NCBI GenBank assembly: GCA_965240325.2
Contig: OZ251238.1
Location: 930,001 to 994,000, forward strand
DNA: 64,000 nt
Direction of reading: 5' to 3'
From: Rebecca billardiae RCC1528
Lineage: Eukaryota > Protista > Haptophyta
Shown here: in pieces, positions 48,121-59,379 of the stretch
Position numbering within the stretch: position 1 is the first letter of the stretch
How the letters are laid out: each line of letters opens with the position of its first letter
Position numbers and translations under genes: made by a program
Notes under the pieces: generated by a model
The model's input: the letters and a program-made list of their open reading frames with translations, nothing else
Told to the model about the DNA's origin: nothing
The model's database searches: none

Positions 48121-49438
48121 GGCTTGTCAGACAAACCCACGCTGGGCGGCCCCGCGCGTGCACGGCGCGATGGCGGCCTCACGCGGCGCGCTCGGACGCG
48201 CACCCACGGCCGCTGCGGGTGCGCGCGCGAGGTCGGCGCGGCTCAGGACACCTGTGGGCCTGAATCGCGCGCGCTCCCACCCGACCTCGCCGCCCTCGCC
48301 GCGCGCAGGGCCCTGTTACTTTCGACGGGACACGCCCACGAGGCGTGCCCGCCGCGCGAGCGCGCGCGCGCGCGTGTGCCAGAGGCCCAATTAAGACGAG
48401 CCACGGCCTCTGCCCGATGGGCCTAGGTGTTGGCGCGTCGGCGAGCCCCCGCGCGCGACGATCGCCGCGCATACTCAGCGGAGATGAGCGGTTTTGTTGC
48501 TTGTTGAGCATATTGTTCGAACAGCTCAAATGCACATGTTACCGCATGGCACGTTCTCGGGCACCTGCTGCGTAGACAGTGCGCTCGACATGTGAGCGAT
48601 CATCTGCAGGCTCGTGCACATCCCCGCTGATGGCGTGGTGTGGTCTGATGTGGAGCAGGAAGGTGTCCACTGCTGCACGAAGATGGCCCGGTCAGGCTCG
48701 GGGCCCGCCGCATCGGCTCCGCCGGCTGGGCGCGGTAGTCACAGAGAGGTCGAGACACAGTGAGCGACGAAGCAGACCGCAAGGTATCAGGAGACGCAAC
48801 GGACGTGCTAGTTCAGAAGTTGATCGAAGCTTCGGATGCGTACACATCCCCGAACTGTGCGACGCGGCGTGCCGGCGGCGCCGACCGACACGCCAGGGCT
48901 GTAATGACTGAGCCGGTTGCTGGCTGTCACGCGCGTGCGTGCGGCCTGACCGACACCAGCATGGCTCAAGGCGCAGTAGTGATGTTCATCACTCTCAGGC
49001 TCACTCAGAGAAGCGAAAAAACGACCGTTGAATACCTCCACGCCGGCCCCGGTCATTGCTTGTCGGCCAGGCCGCACTGGCTGAGGAGCCGCGCGTCCCA
49101 GTCAGCAGGTCTCTGCGCGCAAATCGGGCGGCGAGGGCGTGGGACAAGGCGGCGCGATTGCTGCCATCGGGTCTTCTCGCCACCACGAGGCGCCCGCGCA
49201 CGCCTGTCAAGCTCGTATGCGGCCTTGGGCGCGTTGCGCAGGCGGGCCATCGCCGCCTCGCGTCGCCAGTGAACGCCATCCGCCGTTTGCGGCTGGGCCG
49301 TCCGGCGCCGCCCGCGCACGCGCCACGCCTATTCAGCTACTCCCGGAACACACACCTTCCTTAGGCAGGTGTGTGTTCCGGGAGCCGTCTGCGCCTTCCG
49401 GACTTTTGTGGCCCCAGCGTGGGTTTGTCTGACAAGCC
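48121..49438. mobile_element. Probable second TIR element nested within the hAT element
   Basis: Perfect 27-bp IR GGGCTTGTCAGACAAACCCACGCTGGG (48120-48146) / 49413-49439; flanking CGG (or CCGGG) duplication; removing it restores a contiguous sequence resembling the copy at 37100-37200. Confidence 0.65.
49340..49384. repeat. 18-bp perfect stem, 9-nt loop hairpin inside the nested element
   Basis: CTCCCGGAACACACACCT / AGGTGTGTGTTCCGGGAG. Confidence 0.85.
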
Positions 49439-49813
49439 CGGGGCCTCGCCGGCCCGAGGCGAAGAAAATTTTTGGGCCTATTTACTGATAGAAACAGCCC
49501 AATTATTGGACGAAATCGGCGGCGTAGTCGCCTTCCCTGAGCCAGCCTGCCAGCAGTGACTCCGACCTCGGACACTGACAAGTGACAGCTCCTGCAGTAG
49601 TCCGTACTCGCGGGTGCTGTGGTCCGGGCGCACACGACCCCTCCCGGACTCTCACCGGTGCGCGGCAGTTTGTGGCGGTGCATACCGGTACGCACCGGTA
49701 CGCACCGGTACGGTATTTACCGGTGTCCGGTGTACCGTCTTGGAGCCCTGCAATTAGGCCCCAGCATATTGATTATTATTGGCCGGAGGAGGCATCGCGT
49801 GCTACGCGTGACG

Positions 49814-52569
49814 ATGCTGCGCGCAACGCCGCTCGCCGTGCTCGCCGCGCTGGTCGCACACGCGTCCGCGTTTCGCACGCCCATCGCGCCGTCGCGCCGG
49901 CATGCGCGCAGCCTCCCCGCCGCGCGCGGCCGCTGCGCCGCCGCGCGCATGGCGGACGCGTGCGACGTGCTCGTCGTCGGCAGCGGCGTCTCGGGCTCGT
50001 CGCTCGGCTTCCACCTCGCGAAGGAGCAGAAGGTGGGCCGCGTGCTCGTCACCGAGGCGCGGGACGAGGTGGGCGGCAACGTGATCTCGAAGCGCTCGGA
50101 CGAGGGCTTCCTCTGGGAGGAGGGGCCCAACACCTTCCAGCCGACCGCGCAGATCATGCGGCTGGCACATGACGTCGGCCTTGCCGACGAGCTCGTGCTG
50201 GCGGACGCCAAGCTGCCGCGGCTGGTGTACTTCGAGGGCAACCTGTACCCGCTGCCGCTGAACAACCCGCTGCTCGACGGCGCGCTCAACTTCGACCTCG
50301 TCTCGTGGCCGGGCAAGATCCGCGCGGCGCTCGGCGCGCTCGGCCTCCCGTTTGTCCTTCGGCCGTACGGCGGCGCCGACGAGGAGTCGATCGAGAGCTT
50401 CGTCTCGCGGCACCTCGGGCGCGAGGTGTTCGAGAAGGTGATCGACCCGTTCGTCTCCGGCGTGTACGCCGGCGACCCCTCCAAGCTCGCGATGAAGTGG
50501 GCGCTCAAGAAGATCTACAACCTCGAGGCGCGCGGCGCCAACGACGGCCTGCTGAGCGGAGGGCTCGAGCGCTTTGCGGAGCTGCAGGAGGAGCGCTCGT
50601 CGGAGGCGTTCGTGCAGAAGGTGCGGGGCGCGGGGCGCGGGGCGCGGGGCGGTCGAGGGCGGGTGGGCGCGCGCGCGCGCATGGAGGCGGCGAGGGAGGG
50701 GGAGCGGCGTGAGCAGGGCGCGGTGTGCTCCTGCCCGCCTCCGGGCCGCGCGGCTCGCTGCCCGCTGCGCCGCGGTGTGGATGAGAGCGGGCGCGCCGCG
50801 GCCGCGCGCACGCGACGGTAGCGGAGCGCGGATGCCCTCGCCGGCCGCTGCGGGCGCCCCCGCAACCTGCCGACCCCCCGCGGCCCCGCCTACACCACGC
50901 CGCCCCTTCCTGCACCCTCCGCCCCGCCTCCTCGCCTCCCGGCGCGCCCTTCTTCGCTCCCGCGCGCGCCCGCAGTGGCGCGAGGGCGCTGCTCTGATGA
51001 AGGAGCGAGTGCAGGCGGGGGCGCTGGGGAGCTTCAAGAACGGGCTGCAGTCGCTGCCGATGGCGGTCGCGCGCTGCCTGGGCGAAGGTGGCGTGCAGAC
51101 CGGGATGAAGCTGCTGCGCGTGGAGAAGGTGCGGCCACGACGCCGAACAGTCCGGGGCGCGAGCACGACGCCCTGCGCGCCGGCGCCCACGCGCGCGCAC
51201 GCGCGCGCGCCCCGCGCGCACGCGCGCGCGGGTGAGTGCGCCTGCGTGGCCGCTGGCATCCGGCTGCCTGCGGCCTGCTGCGCGCGCCGACCGCCGCGCC
51301 CTGTGCCGCCGCGCCCTTCGCCGCGGCGCCGCCCCTCAGGGCTCGGGCGGCGCCGGTTACAGAGCTACCTTCGAGACGTCGGGCGGCGAGCAGCGAACGG
51401 TTGAGTGCCGCGCGCTCGCGCTCACGATTCCGTCGCATGCGTACAGCTCCATCCTTGCGGGCCTGGAGGGGTCGGAGGAGCTGATGGCCGCCATGCAGAA
51501 GATCCGGTGCGCGCACGCGCGCCGCGCACCGCGGGGCGGGGGCGGTGCGGGGCGGGCGGCGCGAGAGCGGCTGACGGCGGCGCTGCGGGGCCCTCACACG
51601 GCTCACAAAGAATGGGCTTGTGATGCAGAGCCGCCCGCGCCGCCGACCCGACCGTCTTCGGGCGCGCACGGCTCGCGCCGCCCGCCCGCGCCGCCTCTCC
51701 CGCTGCTCGCTCCGTGCGCACCCGCCGCTCCCCCGCTGCTCCGGACTCACCCCTCCGCCGCCCGCCGCCGACCCGCCCGCCCGCCCGCCCGCCCGCCTGC
51801 CTGTGTGCAGCTTCCCGCCCGTCGCCTCGGTCACGCTCGCTTACAAGTCGGAGTGGATTCGTGACGACGTCGGCGCGCCACTCCAGGGCTTTGGCCACCT
51901 GATCCCGCGCTCGCAGAAGGTGCGCACGCTCGGCACGATCTGGTCGTCGTCGCTCTTCCCTGAGCGCGCGCCCGACGGTTGGGAGATGCTGCTCAACTAC
52001 ATCGGCGGCTCGCGCGACGTGGCGCTCGGCGATCTGAGCGACGACGAGATCGTCAAGGTGGTCGATGCCGACGTGAAGAAGGCACGCGCGGCGTCGCGCG
52101 CGGCGTCGCGCGCTGCGCGGCATCGTGCGGCCCACGGCGCGCGGCGCGACACGCGGCACGCGGCGCGCAGCGCGTGTGGTCGTGGGGTGGTCGCGCGCAG
52201 CGCCGCGCGCCCGGGCGCGCTGCCTCTCTCTCACCGCCCCACGCGGCCCGCCCCGCCACCCGCCTCTGCGCGCGCGCGCGGCCGCACCAGGTGCTGCTCA
52301 AGCGCTCGGACGTCGAGCCGAAAGTGCTTGGCGTCCGGCTGTGGCCGACCGCCATCCCGCAGTACGAGAAGGGGCATGGGGAGATCCTCGCCGCGATCGA
52401 GGCGTTCGAGCGCAAGCACCCCGGGCTCTTCCTCGGCGGCAACTACCGCACGGGCGTCGCGTTTGGCGACTGCGTCGCGTATGGCGTCGACGAGGCGGAG
52501 CGGATCGCGAAAGCGCTGCCTGCGCTCGGCACGCCGGTGTCTGTGGGCGCGGCGGCGGCGTCGGTCTGA
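49814..52569 (+). CDS. PPOX: Protoporphyrinogen IX oxidase (HemY type), plastid-targeted; multi-exon
   Basis: Signal peptide + ASAF motif; [93 protein letters not shown]. Confidence 0.97.
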
Positions 52570-52978
52570 GGCCGAGCGCGCACGGCACGCGCCAGCATGG
52601 GGGCGGCGCGAGGGTCGAGCGCTCCGCCCGCCAGGGCGGGATCTGGGCTGTGGCCGGCGGCATGCGTACCACCGTGGGGCCTTGCCCGAACGCTCGGCCG
52701 AACACGCGATCGCCTGATCGCCGATTGCGGAGCAGCGCAGGCGGATCGCGGCCATTCGCGGCGAATCTCAACCACCACTGATGATGAACAATGAGCGGTA
52801 CGACGCCAATTAACCAGTGGATCTGCCCACTTGCCGATTCGTCCGCTCTACTACTACTATCATACGGTATGAGGGATATGATAATGACACTCCGATGATG
52901 TGCGCGGGTAAACCGGTACGACTGTATCAACTGGGCGGGTGCGGATGACTCCGATGGCCGTGTGAAAATGCGTGCCTG

Positions 52979-55877
52979 ATGCCCGATCCACTGCCATCCT
53001 CAGCTGACGTCGGCGCGGAGATGCTGCCGGAGAAGCAGCGGAGCCTGGATGCCGCGCCGCGCGACGACGTGCCGCAGCCCGTGCTGCCGCCGCCGGGCGA
53101 CGACGAGCAGCGCATCGCCGAGCCGGACGGCATCGAGCCCGTCGGCGAAGAGGCCGCGCCCGCGCTGGAGGCGGGCGGCTGGGAGTACGCGCCCGCGGCC
53201 GAGGGCAACGCGCAGTTCGAGTCGTTCGTGGCGGCGCTCGAGGCGGTGGACGCGCTCAAGGCCACGGAGGCGCGGCAGGGGCAGGACGCCTTCGCCGCCA
53301 GCGACGAGATCGTGCTCGGCGAGGTCGACGCGCAGCTCGAGAACCGCGGCAGGGATGACGACGACGTCACGTCGAACGCGTCGTCCGATGCCCCGAACAT
53401 GGAGGACGTGGATGAGCCGAAGCGCTCGGCGGCGCAGCCGCGCACCTCGCGGCTGAGCAAAGCGCTCCCCATCCTCCGCAACAAGACCACCTCTGGCGAG
53501 TCCGAGGCGGACGGCTGGCTGACCAAGCTGCTCGTGGGAGCCGTCTGGCTGGTGAGGAAGGGCGCGGTGACGCTCTGGCGGGAGACGTCGCTGCTGCTCC
53601 TGCTCGTGCCGTACGCCATCGGCTTCCTCAGCCGCGAGGACGAGGAGCTCCGCCTGCGCGGCGACCTCTGGCTGCTGCGGCCGCTGTACGCGCTCGTGCT
53701 CGCGCGCCTGGCCGTGTTTGTTCTCTTTGCGATCAAGGGCGCGGCCGTCGCGCTCGAGCTGATGCCGGCGGCCATCATCCACTTCTTCGAGGCGTTCCGC
53801 GGCTGGCCAGCGACGGTGCGCCCGCTGCTGCCGCGCCCGCCGCCGCCGCGGGCACGCGCCGACGCACAGCGCTCCCGGCGTCGCGCGCCGCGCGCCGCGC
53901 GCACCCTCACGCGCCGCCGCGCGTCGCGCTCTCCGCCCGGCGGCGCGCCGCGCGCGCAGTGCCTCGCGTTCCTCGGCCTGCACGCCGTCTTCTACACCGT
54001 GCCGCACCAGGACCGCAACGCGTGGCAGCTGCTGCGCGGCGAGCAGTGGCTGATCGCGGTGCAGTGGTGGCTCGGCGCGCTCGGGCTGACGCGCGGGCTG
54101 CTCGAGGCGAGCTCGCAGCAGCTGTTCCGTGGCCTCAAGGACGGCCATTTTGAGCAGCGCGTCGCGGATGCGGTCATGTCGATGCGCGTGCTCCGGCTGG
54201 TGTTCGCCACGTCGCGCGCCGCGCGCAACCGCGCAGCGCAGCGCGAGCGCGAGCTCGAGGACGCGGAGACGCACGCCGCCCCCGAGCCGCCGGCTGTCTC
54301 ACTGCTGGACGAGGTGCCGCCGGCCGAGCTGACGGGAGAGCTGCCGCCTGCGCGCGTCGCGGACGGCGCCGGGCTGTCCTCCGCCGCGCTCGTGCGCGCC
54401 ACCTCCGGCCGCGCCGAGAGTGAGCTGATGGTCCGCGACGACGGGCTGCTCAAGGGCTGGCTCCTCGGCTCGATCACCGAGCAGCTCGCGGCGCTGCAGG
54501 AGGCGGTGGCGGCGGGCTCGGGCTTTGTCACCTCAAGCCACGACGCGCGGCGCCGCGCGCGCCACGCGTTCAAGGCGCTGCACGCCGAGTTCCGTCACGA
54601 GGTGGTGCACGGCCGCTCGATGGGCTCGGACCCGCTGCTCGACGCGGAGGACGTGCCGGAGGACTGCCTGCCGCGCGAGCGCGTCGTGCGCTGGTGCGTC
54701 AAGGCGACGCGGCGCAAGCGGCCGGCGTTCCGCAAGAAGATCGCGGAGCGCGTCGAGGCGCTGTTCCCGACGGCACAGCTCGACCAGGACGCGTTCGTCG
54801 CGGCCGTCGAGGCGGCGTACCGCGAGCAGCGCTTCCTGAGCGCGAGCGTGCAGTCGTTCGACCACCTCAACTCGCACCTGCACAGCTTCTTCCTCGTGGT
54901 GTGGGGCATCGTGATGTTCATCGCAGGCATCTTCCTCGTCGACTGGGGCGTCGACTTCGACGCGTGGATCGTGCCGTTCTCGTCGTCGTCGCTCTCGCTC
55001 GCCTTCCTGCTCGGCCGCCTGCCGTACGAGACGGCCGCGGGCATCATCTACGTGCTGATCACGCGGCCGTACGACATCGGTGATCGCATCCTGATCACCA
55101 ACCCGGGCGTGGCCGGCGACAACTACGAGGGGCACACGGTGGCGCAGGTGCGCGGCGCGCGCGGCACGCGGCGCGGCAGCCGCGGCTCTGCGCTGCGCGC
55201 GCGCTCCGCCCCGTGGCCGTTGTCGCTCTCACACACACACCGCTCGCGCTCCGATCGCGCCCGCTGCGCGCGCGCGGCTGCGCTTGCTGCGCTCTCGGCC
55301 GCGGCCCGCCTTCCAGGTGGGCCTGCTGTCGACGCGGCTGGTGTCGTGGCAGGGCGAGCAGCACATGATACAGAACTTCACCGCGCGCAACCTCAACATT
55401 ATTAATTTGCACCGCTCCAACAACCCGACCCTCGTGATGCTCATCCAGGTGCCCGCCGGCACGCCCGGCGCGAAGATCTCGGAGATGCTCGACGCGCTGC
55501 GGCTCTTCGTGCAGCACGCGCCCGACGACTGGATCTCGATCAGCTCGTGCCCGATCAAGCGCGCGGACTACAAGGAGGGCGTGCTCGACGTGAAGATTGG
55601 GCTCAAGTCCGCCAAGCGGCGCATCGAGGACGGCCTCATCGAGCAGGCCAAGAACCGGCTGCTCATCTTTCTGCACGCGTACATGCAGTCCGCGGGCATC
55701 GAGTTCCAGAAGGTGCCCGGGCGCGTGGTGCTCACGCTCTCAGAGGAGGGCCTCGGCGGCAGTGGCGCGGAGATTGCGCCGAGCCGGCGGGAGAGCATGC
55801 GCTCGCAGATGGGCGCGGAGAGCGTGAAGAGCCCTGGGACGCCGCGGCTCTCGCTGGCGCGGCCCGTCCCATCGTAG
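52979..55877 (+). CDS. MscS-like (MSL) mechanosensitive ion channel; at least two introns
   Basis: Several TMs; IIYVLITRPYDIGDRILI...VAQ|VGLLSTRLVSWQGEQHMIQNFTARNLNIINLHRS matches the eukaryotic MscS core (F..HPFDVGDR...V..I.LLST......G......N..L....I.N..RS). Confidence 0.85.
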
Positions 55878-55952
55878 TCGCCGCGCACGGAGCCACCTGC
55901 TGCTGCCGTCACTTCTGCGCCGCTGACGACACATGAACGCAGTCGTATGATG

Positions 55953-55956
<4 letters not shown>

Positions 55957-56010
<54 letters not shown>
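55957..56010. repeat. (CT)n microsatellite, ~54 bp
   Basis: Read directly. Confidence 0.99.
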
Positions 56011-56014
<4 letters not shown>

Positions 56015-57258
56015 CTTGCCGAAATAATGACTCGGTTATTAATACTGTATCATACTAAAATTACTAATACAGCCGCCCTGCATGCGCCTGCTGCTCGCAT
56101 TAGTTACTACGGCTGATTAGTGACGATTTACTCGTCACAAACTCATCAGTTATAGATTCATTATCAGATATATAGTAATAATAATACTCACTTTATAAAT
56201 TACATATATATATAATTATCATCAATAACTTATATTTATTATATTACCGCGCTGTCAGAGCCGACCCCGTGAGGCTGAGTCACGGGCCCAGCCTCCACTG
56301 GCCGGCGGCGCGGACGAGCTGCATGATTGATGCGCGACTCGCGGATATATTCGATATATATCGAGTATATACTTTACTGGCGACAGACGAGTGACACGGC
56401 GGAGTATCGTGATGATAGTAGCGTAGCTTATTAGCCGTTGCTGTCGCAATGTTGCGGCGCGCAGGCGCAGCTGGCGCGCGTCGTCGTCATCTAGCTAGTT
56501 ACATATACTCGTGGGGTCAGAGCTCCGACCTGTGGCTGTTACACTCCCGGGTGCGCATGACACAATCATCTCCCGACGAAATCTCGAATAAATATGGAAT
56601 ATCTCCTCGGTGGTTTATATAACTGCTGTTCGATCAGGCTTAATTATAATTCCATCAGGATGTATAGAATCCGCCTGCGTGCCAATTTCAGACTGCCAAA
56701 ATGTGATCCAGCCGGTCCGATTCTGGTGCAATAAATAGCGGGATCACCTTGGAGATCGTGTATCTCCCGCCCTACTAATGTTGCTGAGATCGCGTCGAGA
56801 TTGAGGCGGTCGCATACATACTCCATTATTTTGTGCCTTTTTCCGCAAAACTTGTCAGCGGGAACCCAGGTCATTTCAGACGAATGGAGACGCATCCCGA
56901 AGTTTGACGAGGCCTCATCTCAAGACGACAGAAAGTTGCGTAGTGGGTTTTATTGGGCCACACACCCCACAGTGGGGCTCTGGCCCCTCTACTTTATTCT
57001 AGTCGTCATCGCGCGTCGGGCACCGGCTCGTCGCGTCATCATTGTCATTCACATTGTCGATCCGACCTCATCGCGCGCATCAACTACTAGTACTACTGCT
57101 ACAGCGTCGTATGACTAACTACTGCAACCACCGTAAGACTAAGACTACTAGCGCAGGTCTACATCGATCTATACTCTAAAGTGTCTACGGTGCTGATAGG
57201 ATCGACACTGTCGTCGTCAAGCGCGGCTGCTCACCTGCTCGACGACCCACGGTCTCGC

Positions 57259-59178
57259 CTATTCGTCGGCCCCGGGATGATCGACCTGCCGGAGGGCGAG
57301 AAGCAGGCGCGCGGCCGCCAACCTCTTCGCCTCCTTCTTCGTGCGGGCCGTCGCGCGCCCCTCCTCCCGACGCAGCTGCGACTCGTACACGAGTCGCACC
57401 TCATGCGCTGCGCTCGCACCGGCCGCAGGCGCGCTCGTCTCGTGCAGGTCGACCTTGGTCCACCGGCAGAAGAGCATGAGCGTGGCGAGCGCGCCGGCGG
57501 AGCTATCGGCGGGGCCGATGGCGGCGAGCTTGCGAAGCGCGGTCTGCTCGCGGGCCACCGCCGCCTTGCGGCCGGCCGCCACCGCAGCCGGGTCCCTTGT
57601 CCCGGCCGGCAGTGCAGCACGCGCGCGCGCGACCTCGACGGCGTGCGCTGCTGCCTCGTGCTCCATGTCAGCGAGCAGCGCGACCGGCCGGTCCTGCCTC
57701 TCGGCGAGCACGACGAAGCTACTGCCCGCCTGCCGCGCGCGCCCGCGGCCCTGCACGAACGAGACGGCGTGCTGCATGGGGTCGAAGCGGATCACGCAGT
57801 TCGCGGCGGGCACGTCCACACCCTCCTCGGCGGCGGAGGTCGCGATGAGCAGGTTGGTGGCGCCGCTCGAGAAGTCTGCAAGGCGCTGCGCCGCCTGTGC
57901 GCGCGAGACGGAGAGCGACGGCGTGGCAGGCGACGAGCTGGCGTACAGGCACGCGCTGCGCACGCGGCCGGCGAGGTCTGCGTCGGCGGCGATGACGTGC
58001 GCGAGGATGTGCGTCATGACGCGCTGCTGCACGAAGACGATCCCTCGAAAGGCGCGTGCGTCCTCGCCAATCTTGTCGAGCAGCACCTCGACCAGGTTGT
58101 CGAAACGCGCGTGCGAGGGCGCGGACGCGGCCCAGAACGCCCGCCTCGCCGCGAGCGCGCTGTGCGGCCAGCGTGCGGCCGCGGCAGCCGCCTCGTCGTC
58201 GAGGCCGTACATGCGGAGGAACTCGGTGGCCGCGTCCTCTGCCGCCTCCCAGCTGGTGACGAGCAGCCGCAGGGCCTCGTACCAGTGCTCCAGCTCCGCG
58301 CAACGCCCGCTGCGGGAGCCTAGCCGGCTGGCATACGCGCCCCACTCACGCACTGCCAGCCGCCGCAGCGCGGACTCGAACTCGGGCAGCTCCTCCTTCG
58401 CGGCCGCCTCGAGCGAGCGGACGACTGCGACAAGGCGCAAGGCGAATGCGCTCGCCTCGCCGGTGCGCACGCGCTCAAAGAAGGTCGCCTCCATCAGGTG
58501 CTGCGGCGGGCGCGTGGCGGTGCCGGCGTCGGCAGGCGCGGACCTCATCACGATGTCCGGCGTGCGCACCTCCGCCACAAGCCGCGTCGCGTGGTACCCG
58601 CCGGCGACGAGCTCCTCGCTGCTGGCGTGCTCCACAGCGTCGATGAGCAGGTCATCGCAGAGCTGGCGCACGGCGGCCTGCACCTTGCCCGCGCTGACGG
58701 CGTAGGTGAGCGAGGCGGTGAGGCCGAGGACGCGGGGCCGCGAGTCCGCGCGCTGCAGGGTCCTGGCGAGCTTGCGGTACGGGTGCTCCTTGAGCACGTG
58801 GTGCACCTCGTCGAACACCACGAGCCCGAACGAGCCCCAGCTGAGGCGCTCGTGCCGCGCCTGCGCCGCCTCGAACGCCTTGGGCGTCGCGACGAGGATG
58901 TCAAAGGCGGGCGCGAGAGACACGCCGCCCATGAACTCGGCGACGTCCATGCCACTCCACTCGCGGATGGCGGCAGCCTGCTGCGAGACGAGTAGGCACG
59001 TGGGCACCAGGAAAAGCGAGGGCCGCTCGCACTGCGCCGCGCACGCGGCGGCGATCAGCGTCTTGCCGGCGCCGGTGGGCAGCAGGACAATGGTGTTCTT
59101 CTCGACGGCGGTCTTGACGATGCGTTGCTGGTACGGGCGCAGCGCGGCCTTGGGCGCGATCCGTGAGTGGAGCGGCAT
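57259..59178 (-). CDS. Dicer/RIG-I-like DExD/H helicase with C-terminal dsRBD/DUF283-like domain; no PAZ or RNase III
   Basis: LRPYQ, NTIVLLPTGAGKTLIA, LVVFDEVHHVLKEHPY, LGLTAS, RGIVFVQQR, NLLIATSAAEEGVDVPAANCVIRFD, SFVQGRGRAR; C-terminal GALATLMLFC...ARTKKEAKRLAAARLLLAL; intronless, 639 aa. Confidence 0.9.
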   Translation of the reverse strand: MPLHSRIAPKAALRPYQQRIVKTAVEKNTIVLLPTGAGKTLIAAACAAQCERPSLFLVPTCLLVSQQAAAIREWSGMDVAEFMGGVSLAPAFDILVATPKAFEAAQARHERLSWGSFGLVVFDEVHHVLKEHPYRKLARTLQRADSRPRVLGLTASLTYAVSAGKVQAAVRQLCDDLLIDAVEHASSEELVAGGYHATRLVAEVRTPDIVMRSAPADAGTATRPPQHLMEATFFERVRTGEASAFALRLVAVVRSLEAAAKEELPEFESALRRLAVREWGAYASRLGSRSGRCAELEHWYEALRLLVTSWEAAEDAATEFLRMYGLDDEAAAAAARWPHSALAARRAFWAASAPSHARFDNLVEVLLDKIGEDARAFRGIVFVQQRVMTHILAHVIAADADLAGRVRSACLYASSSPATPSLSVSRAQAAQRLADFSSGATNLLIATSAAEEGVDVPAANCVIRFDPMQHAVSFVQGRGRARQAGSSFVVLAERQDRPVALLADMEHEAAAHAVEVARARAALPAGTRDPAAVAAGRKAAVAREQTALRKLAAIGPADSSAGALATLMLFCRWTKVDLHETSAPAAGASAAHEVRLVYESQLRREEGRATARTKKEAKRLAAARLLLALRQVDHPGADE

Positions 59179-59379
59179 GGACGGTCAAGTGCGAGTCAGG
59201 GTCAAGAGTGGTCAACGTCTCGTGTGTGATCGACTTGAGACTGATCGTGACCCGGATTCCTCCGGCAGGGGCAGGTGGGGGCGAGTGGTGACCCACCGGG
59301 CGGTCGCTCCGCACTGGCGACCCCCCATTATTTTGATCTTCTGGCGGGAACTTGGAGAACAGGTCAACAGGACAGCCAG

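Larger units (their letters stand above)
48004..49750. mobile_element. Non-autonomous hAT-superfamily DNA transposon (8-bp TSD CAATTAGG)
   Basis: Termini CAGGGCTCAAAGA / TCTTGGAGCCCTG; CAATTAGG at 47996-48003 and 49751-49758; clusters of subterminal ACCGGT repeats at both ends; no transposase ORF. Confidence 0.9.

Noticed and set aside
48760-49272. ORF inside the nested element as a transposase
   Set aside because: Short, with no DDE, BED-finger or hAT dimerisation motifs recognisable.
48020-49735. ACCGGT repeat clusters as a CRISPR-like array
   Set aside because: Irregular short repeats without unique spacers of constant length, confined to the ends of a TSD-flanked element; typical hAT subterminal repeats, and the DNA is eukaryotic.
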